Positions 13,454-25,804 of a DNA stretch of 64,000 bases are shown here, piece after piece. The notes below the pieces were generated by a model that did not search any database, had not been told where the DNA came from, and saw only the letters and a list, made by a program, of their open reading frames with translations. The DNA is taken from NCBI RefSeq assembly GCF_006345805.1, contig NC_042998.1, positions 94,674,001 through 94,738,000 of the forward strand. Reading direction: 5' to 3'. The stretch comes from Octopus sinensis. Its lineage: Eukaryota. Made by a program: the position numbers and the translations under genes. The number at the start of each line of letters is the position of its first letter. Position 1 is the first letter of the stretch.

Positions 13454-13597
13454 TTTCATCCAAGCATGTGGCTGGCTGCGAGTACCAGTCATTGAAATAC
13501 ATCCCAGCAGTTGTCAGTGAGAATGTCAGATACATTTCAATGTTTTGGGATCCTTTCAATGGCATGTATTCACAGCCAGCCACATGCTCAGATGAAA
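13454..13597. repeat. Imperfect inverted repeat / long hairpin
   Basis: Arms 13454-13506 and 13546-13597, about 43/53 identical, with a perfect 16-bp core agcatgtggctggctg. Confidence 0.85.
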
Positions 13598-14264
13598 AAG
13601 AAAATGAGAATGTATTGAAAAATGTAGTCACAGATACACTCTTTCTGAAAACAGGATGTGATGGTCATAGCCGGAAAGTTTCAAATCATAGGTTTGCTAA
13701 ACCAGGGTGTGTATGAAGCTTTACAACAACAATTTATTATGTAGCAGGAAAATAACTGATCCACAAAAGACAATTATTATTACATTCAAATATTTATCAT
13801 TTACATAATGGGAGGGGGGTGCATGTGTGCATTTATTAATTTTTTTTTGTCAGCATGCCTTCCCACTATCCTAGAGGTGGCCATATTGAACCACTAATAA
13901 ACAACCCAAAATGGATAGTTGTAAAATATGTGAATACAATAAAAATATTGAATGATGAACTTTTTCTACCCTGGGGTAAATGAAGTTGACATTCAAAGGT
14001 TTCAAAAACAACTTTGTCATAAGGTAAATCCCAGATGAAAATATCTTCCAAGTAAAGCTCTGTGAAAAGCTATTTATTTACAGCAAACAACAGCACCAAC
14101 AACATCAACAGCAGTAGCTGTGGCAGCAGCAGCAACAACAACAACAATGACTTCTGTTGTTACCAAGACATCAGGAACTGTAGAAAGGTTGAGAAAAACT
14201 AGTAGAGGTTTAACCTGAGCAGAAAGAAAGGAAAATCAACAAAAACAGGAGACTGTAGAGTTAA

Positions 14265-14928
14265 GGTATCATTATAAAAGTCAAATATCCTCGTTAGGCT
14301 TTCCCTGTTATTCCAGTGCCCAAAGATTATCCTGATATTGTTAGATTATGTGGGGACTATAAAAGAGTCATAAGCACTTTGTGTGACATGTATGCAGACA
14401 GAGGATTTGTTGGCAGCCTTAAAAAGAGGGAAAAAATTTAGTAAGTTATGCATATCAGCAACTTGAGTGGGATGATGAAATCCCAGAGCTACTTACAATT
14501 AATACACATTGTGGTTGCTACGAACCCACTCACTTGCAATTCAGGGTATATAGTGTTACACAAGAAATATATTAGTGGATGAAAGACATCTCTCTCTCTC
14601 TCTCTGTAAAGTGTGACTCCCTATGCTGGTGGCATGTAAAAAGCACCATCCGAATGTGATTGATGCCAGACTCCTGCCCCAACTGGCTCCTGTACTGGTA
14701 GCACATAAAAAGCACCATCCGAACATAGCTGATGCCAGTGCCGCCTGACTGGCTCCCATGCCAGTGGCATGCAAAATGCACCCACTACACTCTCAGAGTG
14801 GTTGGTGTTAGGAAGGACATTATAGAAACATCGCCAGATCAGATTGGAGCCTGGTGCAGCCTCCTGGCTTGCTAGCTCCCAGTCAAACCATCCAACCCAC
14901 GCCAGCATGGAAACGGACGTTAAATTAC

Positions 14929-14970
<42 letters not shown>

Positions 14971-15135
14971 TTAATGATATCAGTCACTTTATGAATCTTT
15001 GAAGAGTTTTGTTTGTGCTTCATGAGACAGAACTTAAAAAAGACTAAATGTCAGTTCCTTCTTCCAGAAGCAACATATCTTGAACTTAGAATAGGTAAGG
15101 AGAGAGATGCAGCAATGCAAGAGACTCTAAAACAT
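14265..15135 (+). mobile_element. Gypsy LTR-retrotransposon reverse transcriptase fossil, interrupted by an RTE tail at ~14606-14968
   Basis: GIIIKVKYPR*AFPVIPVPKDYPDIVRLCGDYK; EDLLAALKRGKKFSKL; AYQQLEWDDEIPELLTINTHCGCY..LQF; NLKKTKCQFLLPEATYL all match Gypsy RT motifs, with stops and frameshifts. Confidence 0.8.
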
Positions 15136-15140
15136 TAAGG

Positions 15141-15394
15141 CAGTGGTTCTCCATCATTTTATCCCTATGGATTCCTTTGATTCCAGTTTTACTCAGGTAG
15201 ACCCTCATAGCCATTTGATGTTTAAAAGAATTCTATTATATTTTTAAAGTTAAATATTATTAAGAACTGTATAAGAAAATGTTAAAATATTTCGTGTATT
15301 GTAAAAGTATAACCAATTTATTGCAGATAAATTTTAACAACAGAATCTTATATGGACCTCAAGGGGCCTTATGGACTCCAGTTGAGAACCACTG
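15141..15394. mobile_element. hAT-like MITE
   Basis: TIRs cagtggttctc / gagaaccactg. A second copy lies in the opposite orientation at 42409-42663. Confidence 0.75.
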
Positions 15395-15434
15395 CTCAAA
15401 AGAGTCGAAAGCATATTTTGGGGTGTTGAACTAT

Positions 15435-15715
15435 TCATCATCATCATCATCATCGTTTAACGTCCGTTTTCCATGCTAGCATGGGTTGGACGGTTCAACC
15501 GGGGTCTGGGAAGCCAGAAGGCTGCACCAGGCTCCAGTCTGATCTGGCAGTGTTTCTACAGCTTGATGCCCTTCCTAACGCCAACCACTCCATGAATGTA
15601 GTGGGTACTTTTTATGTGCCACTGGCAGAGGTGCCAGGTGAGGCTGGCAACGACCACGATTGGCTGGTGCTTTTTACGTGCCACCAGCACAGGTATCACA
15701 ACTACAATTTCCATA
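15435..15715 (-). mobile_element. RTE 3' tail copy
   Basis: (CAT)n followed by gtttaacgtccgttttccatgctagcatgggttggacgg...ggatgcccttcctaacgccaac. Confidence 0.85.
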
Positions 15716-16164
15716 TTATAAACATAATTTGCCAAATTTGTCAACAGGTTTGTGTTCTCTTTCACAATTACTCCACATTTGGGGCCAGATAGAGGTAACC
15801 CATAGAGCTAACTCAAAGTATAAACAATAATAAATCATAATATAAATTTTTATTTTTCAAAATGAAACAAAATTCACAGTAAGATGGAAAATAATGTTCA
15901 TTTTTGTATACTTCCACTTTATTTATATATGAAAAGTTTTCTCTTATTTTTTTTTTTTGTAATTGCAAAGTCTTTGGACAGATCCAGACTATGACACTGT
16001 AAACACTTCAAAATTATACTTCACCACTTCAAATATTATTTTAGAAAGTTTAAAGTGATTTTTTTGTGCTGTAAACTATTTACTATTTTTGTGGTTCCCC
16101 TTTTCTTTTGATGCCCATCCTTATTTTTTATTTTGCTTAATGGTTAATCCAGCACTGTCCACAT

Positions 16165-17224
16165 TTGACAACCGGAGCTTCTCTTGCTGAAATGTTGTTC
16201 AAATATCACTTAGACGGACTGATTTTTATCTACAGAAACCAGAAACTCATCATTGAATTCTCGGATGTCAATAAGATAAGGAACAAAGGTGGAAAGCTGG
16301 CAAAACTGTTATCATGCAGTGAGCTGGCAGAAACATTAGCACACTGGGCAAAATGCTTAGCGGTATTTCGTCTGTCTTTATGTTCTGAGTTCAAATTCCG
16401 CCGCGGTCGACTTTGCCTTTCAGCCTTTTGGGGGTCGATAAATTAAGTACCAAGTTATGCATTGGGGTCGATATAATCAACTTAATCCCTTTGTCTGTCC
16501 TTGTTTGTCCCCTCTATGTCTAGCCGCTTGTGGGCAATAAAGAAATAAGAACTGTTATCATGCTGGGCAAAATGCCTAGCAACATTTCATCATTCTTTAC
16601 GTTATGAGTTTAAATTCTGTTGAGGTCATCTTTGCCTTTCATCCTTTTAGGGTAGATAAAATGACTACCAGTTGAGTACTGGGGTCAATGTAACCAGCTT
16701 ACCTGCAGCCTTGAAATTGCTGGCCTTGTGACAAAATTTGAAATCAATATAATATGGAACAAAGGATGAGGATTTGCATCTGCTGCATACATTAGAAAGG
16801 ATGATTGTGCTCTTGTATGGAATTTTGGTGAACACTGGATGGAAGGGACTTTAACCTAACAGTTACAAGCTGTAAATTTTAAAGTAAGAGTGGATAGAGA
16901 CATGTTAGAATGACATGACAATCAGCTGAAGCTTCCAACTCAGTTGAAGTATTGGTACCTCATGTTCTTACTGTCACAACATTTGAGGTTCCAATTATTA
17001 TTGGAACACCTGAACATCCTGAGTTACCTGAAATGCCAAGTATAATTCCTGAATTATTACCTGAAATGTCAGCTAAAATTCCTGATTTGCCTGAGGCATC
17101 AGTTACTGTAGATCCATAGATTCTCTGCTTCATGATACTTTTTTCTCTCTTTTGAAGCATCAGCTGGTCCTGAAGTTTGTAGATCAAGTCATAAACATCA
17201 ACCAGCCTCCAGGTTTAACCATTA
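16165..17224 (+). mobile_element. Gypsy integrase C-terminal fossil, interrupted by SINEs at 16316-16750
   Basis: TTGASLAEMLF; DDCALVWNFGEHWMEG...FKVRVD...HDNQLK; a Pro/Glu-rich tail; and CRSSHKHQPASRF, which resembles the RRSxRxxxPPxR terminal motif. Confidence 0.65.
16316..16549 (+). mobile_element. tRNA-derived SINE (Meta/MESC-like)
   Basis: Same consensus as 6134-6366. Confidence 0.85.
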
Positions 17225-17598
17225 GATGTGTGAGAAACAATGATTAATGGTTAGACATATTGCCTCAAGAATATGGAATCAGAGGAAACAACTTCAATGT
17301 TAGTTACTCAGCAATCAATGCAGCTCTTTAACAGAAGAAAAGCATAAAAAAAACTTGGAGCTCACAGTGGGAGTCATCTTAAAATGAGACTAAGGCGACA
17401 AGAGTTGGGTTTATGCTCCACTATGGAACCCTTGTATTTAAACCAAATGAACAATACAACAGTTATTATTTGTGGTTGTGGTGGTGCTACCATTGTTGGT
17501 GCTGTCACTGCTGCTGTTACTGGTATGCTGATGCTGCATCTATTGTTGACTTCTATTCAAAAGACAACAATAGCATTTCTAACACAGTTTCACCAATA

Positions 17599-17613
17599 GT
17601 AATAATAATAATA

Positions 17614-17677
<64 letters not shown>
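17599..17677 (+). repeat. (AAT)n microsatellite
   Basis: Long pure triplet tract, directly visible. Confidence 0.98.
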
Positions 17678-17984
17678 TCGTTTGTTTATTGGCCACAAGG
17701 GCTAACAAAAATCAATTAAAACATAAAGGGACAAAACACAGGACGAAAGTTACAAAGGGTTTTGTCTGTTCGAAAAAGTTTGTATACAAAAGCAGGATAA
17801 CAACGAAATATAAGTAACAATTAAAACTCCCAATAGGGGGAGGCGCTTCGAAAGGTTACTCGTGGAAAAACCCATAAAAGCCATGGGAGCCTGGTCAAAA
17901 GGGGGGTAGAGAGCCCCTTTTTCCTTTTATATTTCCTTTTAATTTTCACAGGTGTATCAATAATACTAATAATAATTCTGCTCA

Positions 17985-18221
17985 ATACCACAGATTTGCT
18001 TGACTACTTGACCAGAAGAAAATACTAACTGGGCCCCACCTGCAAGGTCATGCGCTGTTTATCTTGATATGAGATCACCATGTCATGCATATAGGGTTGT
18101 GATGCATGTGCCTGGTGTACCCTTATCAGACAGGTAGTCATGATGGGTATACTGGGCTTCGTATATTTTACCCCAGTGTCACTTTGATGGCATGCACTGC
18201 TCTCTCACTCACTCAATAATG

Positions 18222-18258
<37 letters not shown>

Positions 18259-18265
18259 TAATAAT
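17985..18265 (+). mobile_element. Interspersed repeat with (AAT)n tail (SINE-like), 3' part
   Basis: ctaactgggccccacctgcaaggtcatgcgc...gcactgctctctcactca is shared with 27330-27765. Confidence 0.7.
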
Positions 18266-18272
18266 AATAATA

Positions 18273-18645
18273 ACAAGAGCACTCAGAGAGTGCAAACTTG
18301 TGCCAAGGCAACACCAATTTCCTCTCAATGATTAGCCAGAGATGATTTTTAAAATGAGAATATCTGAAATATATTTGACTGGTCTCACAAACAAGAATAC
18401 TAAAAATGAACTTGACCACCCTCAAAAATTAAATAAAAGAAAATAGGTAAAATAATCCAGAATCCTTGACCGGTACTGGATCGATCCCAAAACCTAATCA
18501 GTTCGTGCCAGTCACAAGGCCAAACGTCCCTGAAAGTTTCCTCTGAATCCATCTGATGGTTCTTGAGATATCTTGTCCATGGGCAAACAAGCAAACAAAC
18601 ATGACTGAAAACAATACCTCCACCTTCACTAAGGCGGAGGTAGTA
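18273..18645 (-). mobile_element. Non-autonomous Helitron/Helentron-like element
   Basis: Minus strand begins ttattacctccgcc..ggaggtattgttttc..gtttgtttg..caagatatctcaagaacc..gatggatt..aaacttt, typical of HINE/DINE-like repeats. Confidence 0.55.
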
Positions 18646-18669
18646 ATAATAATAATAATAATAATAATC

Positions 18670-18711
<42 letters not shown>

Positions 18712-19907
18712 GTGAAATTATCCAGCAAGGAACTTTGATGTGAAACTTTGCCTCAACTATGTTTCTTGCAACTTAATCAGAGTCACTCAACCTTCATAAC
18801 ATAAATGTAAAAGCTTAAGCTCACGTTCATTTTGAAAAACGAGCAAAATATAAATATTGCAACAGTGGAAGGGAAAAAGATAATAAAATAAACAAACTAA
18901 AAACTAAAAGACATTAGCGAACAGTATTACTGGAATTAAATCTTAAATAATTCATTTGTGATTTACCATGCTTGGCAATCTAGTTCCTTTTCATATATAA
19001 ATAAACAACAGTCTCTTTAGGTGAATCTTCATGGTCTTTATCAACTGCTAATGCACAAGTTTCACCTGTTGCTTTCAGAAAGAATTTTAAACAAAAGAAT
19101 TCTAAGACTTGCAGAGATGTATTTTGGTATTATTCTATATTGTTATTATCTTTATTTTCTTTACTGTTATTAGGTGAAAAATTATTGGTATTGGTTTTGT
19201 TCCCACAAAATAAGAATCTCTTAGACTCTTTATTTTCTAAAAAAAAATTTTTATCTGTTCAGTTATGTTTTTATTTATTTATTGTGAAACCATCATTGAA
19301 GAATTGCTAATGTGTTTCCTCCTCAGAAAAGACCAATCAAACTATTCAAATGAAAAGAGAATAATGTTTATCTTGATGCAGCTCAAACAGGTTTTTTTGT
19401 TTTTGTTTTTTTTTTCTGTCTTTAGTGCAGATGACTTTCTATTTTGTTATTAAATATACTGCTATATGCTTAGATCCGCTAGATATTTCTTGAGGCATTT
19501 AGCTAGTGGCATGGAAAATAGATACAAAATACTATTGTTGTAGCAGATGTTATTGTCTTAGACATTCTTGATGCCAGTTATAATGCTGAAGGAAAAGGAA
19601 GAGAATAAGGTTGGTGATGACATTCATGATGGCGGTGATGACAATGACTTAGAAACTAATGACAATTTTGTGGTAGTTGTTGTTGATGATGATGATGATA
19701 ATGATGGCATCACACTTCCTCAGAAGTTGAGAACTTCTGTTTGCTTTGCATATGATAGTACTGGAATAAACTGCATAACTGTCATGTAATCCAGGATGAT
19801 TTATGTCTGTCTGGGGTTAATTACATACATGTGTGTGTGTATTTGTTCGTGTATGTATGTATTTATATATATGTGTGTGTATATATATATATGCACATAT
19901 ACATACG

Positions 19908-19938
<31 letters not shown>

Positions 19939-20059
19939 GTATACATACACACACACACGCACATATATATATATAAGTACATATATAAATACATACAGAT
20001 ACACACGCACACACAGACACACACGCACACACACACTCGCGCACACACACACACACACA

Positions 20060-20350
20060 TATGGAAATTGTAGTTGTGATCCTCGTACTGGTGGCACGTA
20101 AAAAGCACCATTCGAATGTGGCCGATGCTAGCGCCACTTGGACTAGCTTCTGTGCCGGTGGCATGCAGAAAGAACCCACTACACTCTCGGAGTGGTTGGC
20201 ATTAGGAAGGGCATCCAGCTGTAGAAATACTGCCAGATCAGACTGGAGCCTGGTGCAGCCTCTTGGTTTCGCAGACTCCAGTCGAACCGTCCAACCCATG
20301 CCAGCATGGAAAAACGGACATATGATGATGATGACGATGATGATGATGAT
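20060..20350 (+). mobile_element. RTE 3' tail copy
   Basis: Family tail with gtgccggtggc hairpin units and (ATG)n. Confidence 0.85.
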
Positions 20351-20364
20351 GTATATATATATGC

Positions 20365-20680
20365 ACAGACAATGTTATGTGGCTAAGAAGTTTGCTTCCC
20401 AACCACATGGCTCCAGGTTTAGTTCCACTGCATGACACATTGGGCAAGTGCCTTCTACTATAGCCCCAGTCTGGCCAAAGCTTTGTGAGTAGATCTGGAA
20501 CAGGGAAACTGAAAGAAGCCTGTCATGTATGTGTGTTTGGTGGGTGGTGATGGAGAATGTGTGCATATGTTTATGTCTCCTTGTCTTGACATCATGTGAT
20601 AGTTGTAAAATGGCTGTCACTGTCATATAAGCAGTGTTATTCATTTCCAGTATTCTGTAAAGCCATGAAGAAACATTACC

Positions 20681-20713
<33 letters not shown>

Positions 20714-21160
20714 TGCACGTGCATGCACATGTGTGTGTGTGTGTGTTTGTGCGTGTGCATGTACATGTGTCTGTGCATGTGTGTGTGCTTGTACATGTTT
20801 GCTTGTGTGTGTGTATGAGTGTGTCTGTGCACTTGCATGCACGTGTGTGTATGTGTCTATGTGCTTATGTGTATGTGTTTGTGTGTGTGTGTGCATGTGT
20901 GTGTATGTATGTGTGTATGCATGTGTGCTGGTGTATTTGTTGCTGTGTCTTTGCATGAAAGTCGTAAACAAGCATCACCAGTACACAACAGTCGCAACAT
21001 GTCCAATCTTTTGAGAAAACTTGCCTGGTCAGGAGGAAATATTGCCTTACTTGTATACTGGTCAGGGTCGGCAAGCGTAAGGGCATCCACCTCACCAAAT
21101 TTCATTTGACCCATGCAAGCATGGAAAAGTAGACGCTAAAACGATGGTGATGATGATGGT
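20365..21160 (+). mobile_element. tRNA/CORE-like SINE with RTE-type tail and expanded internal (TG)n
   Basis: Head as in 8067; tail cccatgcaagcatggaaaagtagacg..(ATG)n. Confidence 0.6.
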
Positions 21161-21299
21161 GTTGTTGTTTGGGGAGAGGATGATGAGGAGGAGGAGGTGG
21201 ATAATGGTAATGATGATTAACATCCCAGAGACTCATATTCCTACATTATGCCAGAAAGATTTTCATCTTAATTATTTTGCTTGTTCCAGATCCACTCAC

Positions 21300-21520
21300 A
21301 GTGTTGTCAGCAAAGCTTTTACCCATGTCCTGTATGAAAGCCTCTGAGCAAAGTTGCCAACCTATGCATTCTGTCTAACTCTTCTTTGGAGAATGTCCTG
21401 ACAAGCAATTTCATGGCAGTCTTTACTTAGGGGGCTGTCTTCAGTTCACATTCTATAAATTCTGGTGAAACCTCAGGGTTCCATTTAAGTTTCCTTCTGT
21501 TCATTAATGACTGCTGTTAT
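21300..21520 (+). mobile_element. CR1/Jockey-type LINE RT fragment
   Basis: VSKAFTHVLYESL*AKLPTY, and SG-PQGSI / FLLFIND with a frameshift. Confidence 0.55.
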
Positions 21521-21944
21521 GTCTAATCACATATTTTCTTGTACAGAGTATATCATATTTCACTTCTCCTTAACCTTCTGCCTACCTGCAATTGTTGTAA
21601 ATATGCAGCCTAATCAAATTTTGTCAAACATACTGTTTTCATCAACACAAACCTAAAAATATTGCTGGAAAGAGTCATGAAAACATTTTATCCTTCAACA
21701 TCTTCAAATGACACTGCACATCAGAGGAACTAAGTCCTCCTTATGATGAACAATAAGTAACCAAAGCCATCAAACATGCTACAAAAGCCAGAGCTCATAA
21801 TCTTTGGTCATCTGTCTAAACGAGTGGTTCTCAGAGTTCATATGATCCCTGGAGTCCATATAAGATTTGGTGGGAGGCATGTTAGCAAAGTAGTAAATTG
21901 GAGATCCACATTAGTAATTCAAGGGTCCATGTAAAGTTTTGATT

Positions 21945-22540
21945 CCCCGTGGCCTATGCCAGTGGTGTAACCAGCCCACTTATGCATACCTTTCCTTCAT
22001 TGGACAATAAACTCTGCTTGCGAAGACCTGTTGAGGCAAGCAAAATCAAAATCAAATTCAATGACAGCACCGTATGACTGGCATCCCTGCTAGTTGAGTG
22101 CTAAGAGCACCATCCAAACATGATCGTTACCAGGGCTGCTGAGTGGCTCCCGTGCAGGTGGCATGTAAAAAGCACCATTCGAGTGTGATCGTTACCAACG
22201 TCACCTTACTGGCAGTTGTGCCGGTGGCACATGAAAAACAACATTTGACCGAGGTCATTGCCAGTGCTGCTGGACTGGCACTTGTGCAGGTGAAACATAA
22301 AAGACACCATTTGAGTGTAGCTGTTGCCAGTACCGCCTGACTGGCCCTCATGCCGGTGGCATGTAAAAGCACCCACTACACTCTCAGAGTGGTTGGCATT
22401 AGGAATGGCATCCAACTGTAGAAACTCTGCCAGATCAGATTGGAGCCTAGTGCAGCCATCTGGTTTGCCAGTCCTCAGTCAAACCGTCCAACCCATGCTA
22501 GCATGGAAAACGGATGTTAAACGATGATGATGATGATGTA
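21945..22540 (+). mobile_element. RTE 3' UTR copy with several internal repeats
   Basis: gaagacctgttgaggcaag(aaaatc)n module followed by hairpin repeats and the (ATG)n tail. Confidence 0.8.
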
Positions 22541-23299
22541 TGTATTGCAAGAAACAGCTAAGTTTCTTTCTCTAACATTTTGTGTAGTTCAACCTACACA
22601 AGTGAATGTGTGAATAACAAAATAGGAATTTTGAAAGATTCACTTCAACATTTAAGGACAAACATTGTAAAGAATGTAAATAATGTACATAATTCCTCAT
22701 CTCTTAAATATAAAACTGTATGGACCCCTTTATTTACTATTTTATTATGGTAGATCCCCATAGCCATTCGATGTTTAAAAACTAATTTTACAGATACTTC
22801 TTTCAAAATTACGGAGATGTACTTGCATAGCAAGTGATTTGATCTGAGATCGTGTGCTGGAACGAAAACAATTGCAGCATGGAAGGTGTTTGTAAGCCAT
22901 TTAAGAAACACACAAAAGCCGTTCGATTCACTTCAACATTTAAGTTTAATTTGAAAATATTTTCGTTGCTATAAGACCGCGACCTGTTCACTGACAAAAA
23001 TCCGGATTTTTGGAATTTGAACTTAGAAAGCAAAGATGAACAAAATTAAGCATTTTGCATACTAATGATTCTACCAGCTCTCCACCTTATGTATAATAAT
23101 ATTACCAAACAAGTATCCAGTGACAAAGCTTTTATGTAATTTTCTGAAGGAACTTAAGGTTCAAAATGTCAGTCACTTTCACTTTCTTAATCTCTCACTG
23201 AGTGTTAAAATGAAGATTACATCTTGTTTCCATTTTGTCTTTTTGTGTTATTTTCATTATTAGTTTTAACCTACATTTCACCCTACACACATGCATGTG

Positions 23300-23341
<42 letters not shown>

Positions 23342-23905
23342 CACACTGACAGACACACACACACACACCACATAGATGCACATGTACACATGTAGAAGAG
23401 AATTGGCTTCTTTTTACCTTCCTTAATGGTTATATTGGTCAAAAAGAGAATTAAGAAAAAAGACAACTTTCAGCACCCACAGACCCGTGTTTTGATTGAT
23501 AAACATCAATATAGTGATTAATTAAAGAAAAGAAACACAAAATAAAAATTGTTTTCTACCTTCATAATAATCTACAGCTAACTGAGAAAAATACTGGTAA
23601 TGTTTCTACTAAGAGACTTCAGTTTTTATTGATTTACCAAGCCTGAGCAAATGGCCAGTATGTGGTGATATCAATTTTTTTTCTCCCTTCTGTCTATAAC
23701 TGTGATCTATATGCTGTCTGTAAACCATTTAACCATTTACATTTTAATGATATTACACATCCAAGTTGCTCTGTTTCCAAAGCTTCCATTGTAGACTTTT
23801 ATATCAGAAAATAATGAAAACCATGATGTGTGTGTGTATGTGTGTGTGTATATGTATGTATGTATGTATGTATAAAGAGGCATTTATGTATAGTAATGCC
23901 CTCAA

Positions 23906-24652
23906 ACAAAATCAAAATAGATGAACATCAATGGAATTTGTATCTTTGTGGTACCAGTGCCGGTGGCACACAAGAAAACCATCCGAACGTGGCCGTAGCC
24001 AGTACCGCACCGACTGGCCTCCATGCTGTGGGCACGTAACAATCACCATCCAATCGTGGCCGATCGCCAGCCTAATCTGGCTCCTGTGTCGGTGGCACAT
24101 AAAAAACACCATCCGAGCGTGGTCGTCTGCTAGCCTTGTCTGGCACCTGTGTCGGTGACACATAAAAACACCATCCGAGCGTGGCCGTTCACCAGCCTCG
24201 TCTGGCACCTGTGTCGGTGGCACATAAAAACACCATCCGAGCGTGGCCGTTCGCCAGCCTCGTCTGGCACCTGTGTCGGTGGCACATAAAAACACCATCC
24301 GAGCGTGGTCGTCTGCTAGCCTTGTCTGGCACCTGTGTCGGTGGCACATAAAAACACCATCCGAGCGTGGCCGTTCGCCAGCTTCGTCTGGCACCTGTGT
24401 CGGTGGCACATAAAAACACCATCCGAGCGTGGCCGTTCGCCAGCCTCGTCTGGCACCTGTGTCGGTGGCACATAAAATCACCCACTACACTCTCGGAGTG
24501 GTTGGCGTTAGGAAGGGCATCCAGCTGTAGAAACACTGCCAGATCTGACTGGCCTGGTGCAGCCTTCGGGCTCCCCAGACCCCAGTTGAACCGTCCAACC
24601 CATGCTAGCATGGAAAGCGGACGTTAAATGATGATGATGATGATGATGATGA
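23906..24652 (+). mobile_element. RTE 3' UTR copy (same subfamily as 8771-11884) with ~59-bp tandem repeats
   Basis: Starts acaaaatcaaaatagatgaacatc; about 7 copies of gtgtcggtggcacataaaaacaccatccgagcgtgg...; (ATG)n end. Confidence 0.9.
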
Positions 24653-24657
24653 TATAT

Positions 24658-24830
24658 ATTAAGGGCATCACTATACATAAATGCCTCTTGCTAGGAGGGA
24701 CTCTTAAAGTCAAAACTACCATAATAAACACATTTTTACTTTGCATTCGATACAATGTGTTTGTTATGGTAGTTTTGACTTTAAGAGTCCCTCTTAGCAT
24801 GAGGTATTTATGTATAGTAATGCCCTCAAT
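24658..24830. repeat. Near-perfect palindrome / fold-back MITE
   Basis: 77-bp arms (24658-24734 and 24754-24830) with 6 mismatches, a 19-nt loop, and TA-rich flanks. Confidence 0.9.
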
Positions 24831-24939
24831 ATAAATAAATATATTTAAAGGGAAAAATTAATAAATTTTTTCCTTAAGAGGTTTTTCACGCTAACTACTT
24901 GATAAAGATTTTATCCTATTTTTAAATTATATATATGTG

Positions 24940-24976
<37 letters not shown>

Positions 24977-25249
24977 TTGTATATATATATATATGAACTT
25001 ATATTAGAGAAATTAAACAAACCTCAGAATGTTACACTTTTAAAGAATAACTTCAGAAACGTATTTGCATATGATTAACTTTTGAAAATACATCAATCAA
25101 TCTTTAGTCATTAATTCTAATATTGGAAACAGTTTTATCTCTAGAGGGCTCTGTCAACACAGGTAGCCATGGTGTGATCTAAATGGAAGCTTCCAATCCA
25201 GAAGATGAGAGAGAGATGGTGCTCATAGGCAGGAAGATTTGATTAGAGT

Positions 25250-25397
25250 TCACATGCCAGAAATGGTTGAAAGCTTTGCTGATGTTCAGTGTGGCGATAT
25301 TACTTCAACGAAATTTCATCAAAACAAGAGCTTTCTGATTGGTGGCAGAGATCACTAGTAGATCTGGCTTTATAGAAACCATACTGGTGGTCATTAT

Positions 25398-25405
<8 letters not shown>
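25250..25405 (-). mobile_element. CR1/Jockey-type LINE RT fragment
   Basis: HNDHQYGFYKARSTSDL and LNISKAFNHFWH on the minus strand. Confidence 0.6.
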
Positions 25406-25435
<30 letters not shown>

Positions 25436-25804
25436 AACATGAAAGGAGTGAAGGCAGTTGCTGATAGGTATGATAATAATAATATTAAATATATTAATGC
25501 AGGCAAAATATCAATATAGTATCATGGTCAAATAAAAGAAAATTAAAGAATAGGCAACATGTAAAATGCACAGTATCAACTTAACAAAAGGCATTCATGC
25601 AGTTGGACTGAACCAAAGACAATATGCTTATGAAGTAAACTTCTTAACCACAGAACCTATAGTCATGCATGTTGCATGTGCCTGAAACTATTCCAAATAC
25701 ACACACACACATATATATATAATTAAAAAGTAATATAAAAGCAAATTATGGAGGATATATTATAAACAATTACTAATTATTTATGAATATACCAATGGCC
25801 AAAC

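Noticed and set aside
13333-13716. 127-aa ORF, with HVAGCEY on both strands
   Set aside because: The shared peptide is a by-product of the inverted repeat; no recognisable domain.
16960-17187. Minus ORF with SG repeats, and a VPIIIGT motif resembling an alpha-arrestin C-terminus
   Set aside because: The motif lies in a near-palindrome that reads on both strands, and the flanks on + match a Gypsy integrase tail.
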